From contig OZ218951.1 in NCBI GenBank assembly GCA_965112735.1, positions 2,604,001-2,668,000 of the forward strand: 64,000 bases of DNA, written 5' to 3'. Each line of letters opens with the position of its first letter. Within the stretch, counting starts at the first letter, position 1. The position numbers were made by a program, and so were the translations under genes. The notes under the pieces are model-generated. The model was not told the DNA's origin. It ran no database searches and saw only the letters and a program-made list of their open reading frames with translations. Below, in pieces: positions 55,201 to 64,000 of the stretch. The DNA comes from Phaeosaccion multiseriatum (Eukaryota > Protista > Ochrophyta, other classes).

Positions 55201-58200
55201 GTTGACCCTGCCAGTATTCAAGCAGCTCCTCAATACGACCTTCGCCGTCCAGCCGAGCTCGTTGCCACCTGGAGTAGTCCGCGAAGCTGAAGGGCAGAGC
55301 CGGTAGGTCTTGTGCAATGCCTCTCCCCGCCATGGCAGCTGCGCATGTGGCCTTGAACTCGCCCTGGAAGAGCAAGTAGGATGCACCATCAAAGATGCAA
55401 TGATGGAAAGTAGATACCGCGGCATACTGCTCCTCCACTCCGCTCTGCTGCGGGAGGTGTACGACCAACGTACGCCATAGAGGCTGGCTCCGCTCCAAAT
55501 CGAATGTACGAGCGATATCGGCCTCGATCAGGCTCCGAGCCGCCCCAACACTGCTGGCCACGGCAGAAGAGAGACAAGCTGACACCACCGCGGCTGCCGT
55601 AGTTCCAAGCTGTACCTGCCTCAGAGAGCCCTGCTTTGTCCACTCAAGCGCCGTCCGGAGCACGTCATGTCGCTCCACTATGCTGCCTAACACTTGTGCT
55701 ATCATGTCCACAATTTCAGCGGATGTTCGTCCGGAGATCAGCGCGACTGGCAGCGGCAGCACCACTGGGAGATTGTACGCGCTCTGCCCGCCAGGGGCAA
55801 TCGTCCGCAGTGCTACGTCCGAAAGGTACATGTGCTCCTGCTGGTAAGCCGCGGGGGCGTCAGCATCCAAGGAGTAGTGCGAAAGACCTGTTGCTTGATC
55901 ATCAGGCTCACTCAGCGGCCCCGAGTCCGCTCCCAGAACTTCCTCTTCGATCCATGAAGCCATTGCAGACACTGATGGATACGTAAAGAAGGCGCCGCTC
56001 GACATGGTGACACCACACCAGGCCTCGATTCGCTTGCCAAACTCCACGGCCGCCATTGAATCGAGCCCGGCTTCCATCAAGGGCATCGCTGCTGCCAAGG
56101 TGAAGTCCTCGCCAACGCACTCGACTGCCATGTCCGTCAGGACTTGCTCGATCCTCTCCCGCCGTGCTGACTCCGGCAAGAGCAGGAGCTCATCCCGCAC
56201 CTCGGCATTGACGCTGTAGCACTTTGTCGCCTCACCACTTTCTCCGCGGTCCGTCAACTGCCCGAGGAAATCGCTGAGCACAGGGTCCAAGCTCGCTCGA
56301 AATCTGCCCCACCTCATGGCCGGCATGACGGCCACCTCCTGCACGTTGGCTTGCATTTGACTTGCAAGGACGGCTTCCAGAGCCTTCATACCCAGCGCCG
56401 ATGAGATCAGGCCCACTCCGGCCATCTCCGCAGCTTTCGACACCATTTCAAGCCGCACCGCCATACCTACGTCGCCCCATGGGCCCCACTGAACGTTGGA
56501 AGCAGGAAGGCCAAGCTGGCGTCGGCGGTAGCGCATCAGCCCGTCCAAAGCAGCGTTGGCCCCGGCATAGGCGCTCTGATTGGACAAGCCAAGCAAAGCG
56601 GAGGTCGATGAGTACGAGGCGAAGAAGTCGATCTCCTCCCTGCCGCTCGCCGCCCACTCAAGGCACAGCGCGTGGAGATTCCAACCTCCCTGGACCTTGG
56701 CGGCAAAGACATTTCGCACGTTCTCTTCCGTCTCGCCCGACAACATCCTCTTTGCGCCATTCACCCCCGCTGCGTGGATCACACCCCGAACATGAGGCAG
56801 CTCCACCAAGGCCGTTGCCACAGTATCTCGAAGCTGATGCATGTCGGACACATCGCAGGCCACGGCCACAGCGGTGACACTCTCCATGCTCTGCAGGGCC
56901 TGCCACAGCCCTGAAACTTCCTCCGCCGCCCGGCCGCTTCGAGATAGTAGGAGCAGGTATCGGGCACCCTGGGAGACCAAGTGATTCGCCGTCACTAGCC
57001 CCAGCCCCCCCAGACCACCGCTGATCAGGTAGGTCCCATCCTCTCTGCACTTGAAGCGATCGACTCCTACCGGCGTCAGATGGAGTGTGCTGGGCACCAG
57101 CCTCGGAGCGAGAATCTCACTCCCTCGAACCAGCAGGTCCACGCCTCGGCCGCCGTCGCGGGCTCCTGCAGCCACCGTCACAGCCTGGGAGATAGCTTGG
57201 GCTTCCATGTTCTCTACTCTAGGTCGTGCATCCTCAGACTGTGGATACATGGCATACTCAAGGTCGATGTGGTTCACATCGAGGTCGCCCCGCTCCAGGC
57301 GTACGCTTCTCACCAGTCCCACTGCCCAGCTGTCCTGCCAACCCGCACCGCTGTACACGCCCGTTGTCACCACCGTGATCGGCATCACTGCCGCGTCCCC
57401 GTCTAAGCTGTGTACAGTTTGCACAAAGTGGATTGCCCCATCGGTAGCAGAGCCCGTTGCTGACGTCAAGTAGAAGAGATGGGCCCCACGGGGCTGCGCG
57501 TCTGAACCGACCGCCTCCACCACGTGCACCTCTACACCACTTGCTGTCGCCGCGCTTCGGACAGCTTCCAAGGCTCTGTGGTTGTTCGAAGCGTGCTGCT
57601 CTTCAGCTGCCTGGGGAATCACGACGAGCCACGGAAGGCGGCCGGTCAGCGAAGCCTGCTGCGAAGCCGTGGGCACCTCCACCGCCTCCCACTCAACAAC
57701 ATAGAGCGGGCCCTGCTCAGCTTCACTCCGCGGCTGAGGTGCTGCTGTGGCTCGCGCTGTGTACCAAGGAAAGGCTTTGCGCGTTGGGAACAGGATGTGC
57801 TCCTCGCCCTTACTCTCTGGCTGCTGCACTGTGCTCAGAGCTGCTCGAAACGACTCCTCGGAGCTCTTCCCGCGCGTGAGAGAAGGGATCCACACCAGCC
57901 CCTCGCGACGCTCGCACTTGGCTCCCATGCTGCTCAGCACAGGGTGGGGGCCCACCTCAACGATGCTCAGGTCAGCCCCCCTCCCGTCTCCCATCCAGTG
58001 CTCCACCACCGTGTGGATGCCTTCTGCGAACAGCACTGGCGACAGCATGTGTTGCACCCAATACGTCGCCTGCGTCACCTCCTCCTCTCTCACCACCTCA
58101 CCCGTCAAGTTGGATACCAGGGGGATGCGTGGGGCGCTCAATGATACCTGCCTCAGAACCTCCTCCAGCGCACGTACAGCGGGCTCCATCAGAGGAGAGT

Positions 58201-61200
58201 GGAAGGCGTGCGGCACCTCCAGGGCCTTGCAGCCCACCCCATCTGCCATGAGCTTCTCCACCACCTTGTCCACAGCGCTGCGAGCTCCAGAGATCACGCT
58301 CGCCCTCGGTCCATTCGACGACGCCAGCACCACCTCGTCTGCCCCCCCTGCAGCGTCGATGCTTGCCAAAGTCGCCTCCTTGCCTGCCCTCACTGCGAAC
58401 ATCACTCCCTTGCCCTCGGGGCAGGCCTGCATGGCGGCTCCTCTCTTGGCGGACAGCATCAGCCCGTCCTCCAGCGACATGACGCCGGCCACGCACGCCG
58501 CCACCACCTCGCCCAGGCTGTGGCCCATCACCATTGAGGGCTCCACGCCCTCCGACTTCCACAGCTCACACAGGGCGTACTCCAGCACAAACAGGCACGG
58601 CTGGCAGTAGCGCGTCTCCTTCAGCAGCGCTTGTGCAGTCTCCTCCTCCTCCTCGTCCCCGTCCTCAGCGGCGGCAGGGTACATGAGCTCCACCACAGAC
58701 TTGTCCAGCCAAGCCCGCTCCATGAGCAGCGTGCTGCACCGCTGCACGCACTCGCGGAACACGCCCTCCTTCTCGTACAGCTCCCTGCCCATGCCCACGT
58801 ACTGCGAGCCCTGTCCGGTGAATACAAACGCCACTGGAGGCTCTGCTTGATGGGCATTAGGGCCTGGCGCACCCTCATTCTTCTCCCCATAGCTCTTCAG
58901 CAGAACGTGTGCATTCGTCCCCCCGGCCCCGAACGAGCTCACCCCCACCAACACATCTCCCTCGTCCTCCAGCTCCACCATCTTCGATGGAAGCTGCACG
59001 TGGAAGCTGTCCATGTCCAGCTCCGGGTTGACGCTCTCGAGGTGAAGGTTGGCCGGCACAGCGCGGTGCTGCAGCATCAACACGGCCTTGATGAGCCCAG
59101 CAACGCCCGCCGCACCCTCCAGATGGCCGATGTTGGTCTTCAACGCACCCACCACCAGCGGGAAAGACTCGTTGCGGTTCTTTCCGTACGTGGCCTTCAG
59201 AGCGCTCATCTCGATGGGGTCGCCTAGCGAGGTTCCCGTGCCGTGTGCCTCCAGGATGCGTACTTCGGACCCCTCCCGACCGGCCTCACGCAGCGTCGCC
59301 TCGATGAGTCTCTGCTGGGCGGCGGGGCTGGGGGCCGTCAGACGGGCACTGGCTCCATTGTGGTTGACGACACAGCCCTCAATCACAGCGAGGACCGTGT
59401 CTCCGGCAGCGAGGGCGTCACCCAGGCTTTTCAGCACAACGGCGCCGCACCCCTCACCACGCACGTATCCGTTGGCTGAGGCGTCGAACGTCTTGCAGCG
59501 CCTGGGAAGGTCAATCGGAATGGAGGAAGTGATATCAGCGATTGAATTGTACGCAGCTTGAGAAAATGCACACAGAGGTCGGCGGCACTCCCTCATTTCC
59601 ACATAAGCCCCTCGCGTTTGTGGAGGGCAGCAGTAGCACAAAGTAGATGGTGTGAGCGGAGTATTAAGGGAACTACAGGAATCGAAGTCGAGGTGAGTAC
59701 ATCATACATCACAGGAGAAGAAAAACAACACATGGTGTGGAGCAGCCGGTGCCACGTACCAGTCGGAGGAGAGGAAGGTCCCCGCAAACAATGACTGAAA
59801 GGTACTCTTCCCGAGCAGCAGGTTCACGCCACCGACCACCGCCGAGTCGCACTTCCCCAGGCGGAGGTTGCTGCAAGCAGCGTCCAGAGCCACCAGAGAC
59901 GACGAGCATGCTGTCTGCAGCAACGCACTGGGGCCGCAGAGACCCAGAGTGTAGGATACGCGATTCGCAATGTTCGAAGCCGTCAGGCCCATTCCGCCGT
60001 AGGCGCTCTGAGCACCGGCATCTCCTGCCACGAAGCCCCAGTCCGTGTCCGACAAGCCTACAAACACGCCTGTGTTGCTGCCCCGCAGGCTGCTCTTGCT
60101 GTGGCCCGCGCGATGGAGGGCCTCGAAGGCCACCTCCAGCATAAGGCGCTGATTGGGGTCCATTACCTCTGCCTCGGCAGCACTGATGCCAAAGAAGGCA
60201 TTGTCGAACATCTCGACGCCCTCGATGAACCCACCCTGTAGCTGCAGCTCGCCCGCCTTACTCTCCCACCTGTCGTGTGGCGCTGTCGTGATGCAGTCTC
60301 TACCCTCGCACATCATCGACCAGAACTGCTCCGGGCTGTTGGCTCCACCGGGGAGGCGACACGCCATACTCACCACAGCGATGGGGGCTCGAGAGTCCGA
60401 GGACAAGTGCCGTCCTGTCAGTACTTCTTTACCGCCTTCTGCATCATCCGGCACCTCAAGAATCTGGGCCTCGAGCCACGCGGCCATTGCAGACACCGAT
60501 GGATACGAGAAGAAGGCACCATTCGAAACGGTGACACCACACCAGGCCTCGATTCGCTTGCGAAACTCCACGGACGCCATTGAATCGAGCCCGGCTTCCA
60601 TCAAGGGCATCGCTGCTGCCAAGGTGAAGTCCTCGCCAACACACTCGACTGCCATACCCGTCAGGACTTGCTCGATCCTCTCCCGCCGTGCTGACTCCGG
60701 CAAGTGCAGGAGCTCCTCCCGCACCTCGGCATTGACGCTGTAGCCCTTTGCCGCCTCACCACTTTCTCCGCAGTCCGTCAACTGCCCGAGGAAATCGCTG
60801 AGCACAGGGTCCAAGGTCGCTCGAAATCTGCCCCACCTCATGGCCGGCATCACCGCCACCTCGTGCACGTTGGTATGCGTCTGGCTTGCAAGGACGGCAT
60901 CCAGAGCCTTCATACCCAGCGCCGGTGAGATCAGGCCCACTCCGGCCGTCTCGAGAAGCCTATGTAGCGTCGTAGACTTTCCTGCCATGCCCGCGTCACC
61001 AAATGGCCCCCACTGAATGCTGGTGCCCGCCAGTTTGAGCTGCTGCCGGCGGTAGCGCATCAGACCATCAAGCGCGGAGTTGGCTGCAGCATAATTCGTC
61101 TGTCCGATGTTACCAAGCGTCCCAGCCGTAGATGAATAGGATACGAAGAAGTCCAAGTTCTCTTCCCTCTCGGCCCACTCAAGCGACAGCTCATGCAGAT

Positions 61201-64000
61201 TCCAAGCCCCCTGAAGCTTTGGTGCGAAAACTTTCCGCACGCTCTGATCGGTCTGCCCAGCAAACTTGCGGTCATCTAGAGCCCCCGCTGCGTGGATCAC
61301 ACCCCGAACACGAGGCAGGCCCACCAAAGCGTTGGCTACAGCTCCTCGAAGCTGGCCCATGTCGGACACATCGCAGGCCACGGCCACAGCGGTGACACTC
61401 TCCATGCTCTGCAGGGCCTGCCACAGCTCTGAAACTTCCTCCGCCGCCCGGCCGCTTCGAGACAGGAGGAGCAAGTGTCGAGCCCCCTGGGAGACCAAGT
61501 GATTCGCCGTCACCAAGCCCAGCCCCCCCAGACCACCGCTGATCAGGTACGTCCCATCCTCTCTGCACTTGAAGCGATCGACTCCTGCCGGCGTCAGATG
61601 GAGTGTGCTGGGCACCAGCCTCGGAGCGAGAATCTCACTCTCTCGAACCAGCAGGTCCACGCCTCGGCCGCCGTCGCGGGCTCCTGCAGCCAGCGTCACA
61701 GCCTGGGAGATAGCTTGGGCTTCCATGTTCTCTACTCTAGGTCGTGCATCCTCAGACTGTGGATACATGGCATACTCAAGGTCGATGTGGTTCACATCGA
61801 GGTCGCCCCGCTCCAGGCGTACGCTTCTCACCAGTCCCACTGCCCAGCTGTCCTGCCAACCCGCACCGCTGTACACGCCCGTTGTCACCACCGTGATCGG
61901 CATCACTGCCGCGTCCCCGTCTAAGCTGTGTACAGTTTGCACAAAGTGGATTGCCCCATCGGTAGCAGAGCCCGTTGCTGACGTCAAGTAGAAGAGATGG
62001 GCCCCACGGGGCTGCGCGTCTGAACCGACCGCCTCCACCACGTGCACCTCTACACCACTTGCTGTCGCCGCGCTTCGGACAGCTTCCAAGGCTCTGTGGT
62101 TGTTCGAAGCGTGCTGCTCTTCAGCTGCCTGGGGAATCACGACGAGCCACGGAAGGCGGCCGGTCAGCGAAGCCTGCTGCGAAGCCGTGGGCACCTCCAC
62201 CGCCTCCCACTCAACAACATAGAGCGGGCCCTGCTCAGCTTCACTCCGCGGCTGAGGTGCTGCTGTGGCTCGCGCTGTGTACCAAGGAAAGGCTTTGCGC
62301 GTTGGGAACAGGATGTGCTCCTCGCCCTTACTCTCTGGCTGCTGCACTGTGCTCAGAGCTGCTCGAAACGACTCCTCGGAGCTCTTCCCGCGCGTGAGAG
62401 AAGGGATCCACACCAGCCCCTCGCGACGCTCGCACTTGGCTCCCATGCTGCTCAGCACAGGGTGGGGGCCCACCTCAACGATGCTCAGGTCAGCCCCCCT
62501 CCCGTCTCCCATCCAGTGCTCCACCACCGTGTGGATGCCTTCTGCGAACAGCACTGGCGACAGCATGTGTTGCACCCAATACGTCGCCTGCGTCACCTCC
62601 TCTCCTCTCACCACCTCACCCGTCACGTTAGACACCAGGGGAATGCGTGGGGCGCTCAATGACACCTGCCTCAGAACCTCCTCCAGCGCACGTACAGCGG
62701 GCTCCATCAGAGGAGAGTGGAAGGCGTGCGGCACCTCCAGGGCCTTGCAGCCCACCCCCTCCGCCGTGAGCTTCTCCACCACCTTGTCCACAGAGCTGCG
62801 AGCTCCAGAGATCACGCTCGTGCTCGGTCCATTCGACGACGCCACCACCACCTCGCCTGCCCCCCCCGCAGCGTCGATGCTTGCCAAAGTCGCCTCCTTG
62901 CCTGCCCTCACTGCGAACATCACTCCCTTGCCCTCGGGGCAGGCGTGCATGGCGGCCCCTCTCTTGGCGGACAGCATCAGCCCGTCCTCCAGCGACATGA
63001 CGCCGGCCACGCACGCCGCCACCACCTCGCCCAGGCTGTGGCCCATCACCATCGAGGGCTCCACGCCCTCCGACTTCCACAGCTCACACAGGGCGTACTC
63101 CAGCACAAACAGGCACGGCTGGCAGTAGCGCGTCTCCTTCAGCAGCGCTTGTGCAGTCTTGTCCTCCTCCTCCTCCCCGTCCTCAGCGGCGCCTAGGTAC
63201 ATGAGCTCCACCACAGACTTGTCCAGCCAAGCCCGCTCCATGAGCAGCGTACTGCACCGCTGCACGCACTCGCGGTACACGCCCTCCTTCTCGTACAGCT
63301 CCCTGCCCATGCCCACGTACTGCGAGCCCTGTCCAGTGAACAAGAACGTCACCGGCGATCTCTTCTTATTTCGCTGCACATCCAGCTGCAGCAAGGCTCC
63401 GCTCTCGCTCTCCTCTACTAGAGTCGGTCCGAAGCTGCTGAGCACCACATGGGCGTTGGCTCCTCCCGCACCGAAGGAGCTGACAGCAGCAGTACGCCTC
63501 TCCCCGTCCCTGGCACTCAGTGGCACTATGGCAGACGGCAAAGTCACCGCAAAGCCATCCAGGCGCAGCTCCGGATTGAGCTTCTTCATGTGGAGATTGG
63601 GGGGAGCCGATCCGTGCTGAAGGACCAGCAGAGCTTTGATGAGGCCAGCGATTCCGGACGCACCCTCTAGATGCCCGATATTGGTCTTCACCGCCCCAAC
63701 CACTAGGGGCCGATCTTCCTCGCGGCCGTGGCCATACACGGCTCTCAAAGCACTCATCTCGATGGGGTCGCCGAGAGAAGTCCCGGTGCCGTGTGCCTCC
63801 ACGTAATCAACCTCCAGACCGTTCAAGCCGGCCTCCGCCAGTGCCTGCTCCATCAGACGCTGCTGAGCAGTAGGGCTCGGGGCAGTGTAGCGCAAACTTC
63901 TCCCGTTGTGGTTCGCAGAGCAGCCATTGACGACAGCAAGGATGTGGTCGCCATTGGTCTGTGCATCGTCCAGTCGCTTCAGCACCACGGCGCCGCAGCC
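34777..64000 (-). CDS. Giant hybrid cis-AT type I PKS / 5-module NRPS with Pls-like membrane terminal domain (5'-partial; ~9,170 aa in window)
   Basis: Exons 64000-59760, 59501-53159, 52961-52407, 52301-49425, 49228-48674, 48582-45706, 45509-44955, 44863-41972, 41774-41220, 41115-38239, 38049-37501 and 37416-34777 have GT-AG boundaries and sum to 27,516 nt (9,172 codons) with no internal stop. Motifs: KS TACSSS/HGTGT/NIGHLE, AT GHSLG and HAFH, KR GGLGGLG, ACP GLDSM, C HHxxx[21 protein letters not shown]|GDL/SGKRD, T GGTSL. Confidence 0.95.
37380..41015 (-). other. NRPS module 5 (C-A-T); hand-read A code DAEDAGSIAK (acidic pocket)
   Basis: [31 protein letters not shown]; GGTSL. Confidence 0.85.
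41075..44760 (-). other. NRPS module 4 (C-A-T); A-T near-identical to module 1 (offset 11,187 bp)
   Basis: C domain of the module 2/3/5 type joined to an A-T of the module 1 type. Confidence 0.85.
44820..48480 (-). other. NRPS module 3 (C-A-T); near-identical to module 2 (period 3,719 bp)
   Basis: Same pocket residues as module 2; only scattered substitutions. Confidence 0.85.
48540..52200 (-). other. NRPS module 2 (C-A-T); hand-read A code DVAYAISAVK
   Basis: HHSIMDG; [31 protein letters not shown]; GGTSL. Confidence 0.85.
52260..55870 (-). other. NRPS module 1 (C-A-T); hand-read A code DMAVAGIVVK
   Basis: C motif HHCIFDG; A motifs [31 protein letters not shown]; T motif GGTSL. Confidence 0.85.
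55930..60390 (-). other. PKS module n: KS-AT-KR(no LDD)-ACP
   Basis: [26 protein letters not shown], one intron (59502-59759), [36 protein letters not shown]. Boundaries approximate. Confidence 0.9.
60440..64000 (-). other. PKS module n-1: KS (C-terminal part)-AT-KR(B-type, LDD)-ACP
   Basis: [47 protein letters not shown]. No DH or ER. Boundaries approximate. Confidence 0.9.

Noticed and set aside
35082-63670. Dozens of plus-strand and alternate-frame ORFs overlapping the megasynthase, recurring with each module
   Set aside because: Shadow ORFs of GC-rich coding DNA; they recur only because the modules are duplicated.
34777-64000. Reading the large ORFs as a bacterial-style operon of separate genes, or as contamination
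   Set aside because: ORF breaks fall inside conserved motifs (YRT|GDL, T domain, KS) and are bridged by frame-preserving GT-AG introns.

Overview
Eukaryotic, intron-containing, GC-rich genomic DNA. It is most consistent with a photosynthetic stramenopile (ochrophyte, possibly eustigmatophyte-like); this is inferred from a bipartite-type plastid presequence, a Zn2Cys6 factor, IFT88 and (CCCT)n/(GGGA)n-rich introns. The left half (1-28.1 kb) holds ordinary spliced genes: an ankyrin-repeat protein, a mitochondrial-type CybB-like cytochrome b561, a putative plastid protein, a BRAWNIN/UQCC6-like microprotein, IFT88, a PI 4-kinase with an unexpected hydrophobic N-terminus, and a Zn2Cys6 transcription factor. 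A junction zone (29-34.7 kb) contains a TIR-bounded non-autonomous element and two 5'-truncated gene remnants. The right half (34.8-64 kb, minus strand, start outside the window) is one giant spliced hybrid PKS-NRPS gene with about 9,170 codons inside the window: ...KS-AT-KR-ACP-KS-AT-KR-ACP-(C-A-T)x5. It ends not in a thioesterase or reductase but in a membrane-embedded, triple beta-helix terminal domain of the epsilon-poly-L-lysine synthetase (Pls) type, and the last A domain has an acidic pocket suggesting a basic amino acid. Modules are near-identical tandem duplicates, introns included, with locally divergent A-pocket and KR-catalytic subdomains. All exon boundaries were read by hand from GT-AG sites and reading-frame continuity; family assignments come from motif recognition, not database searches.
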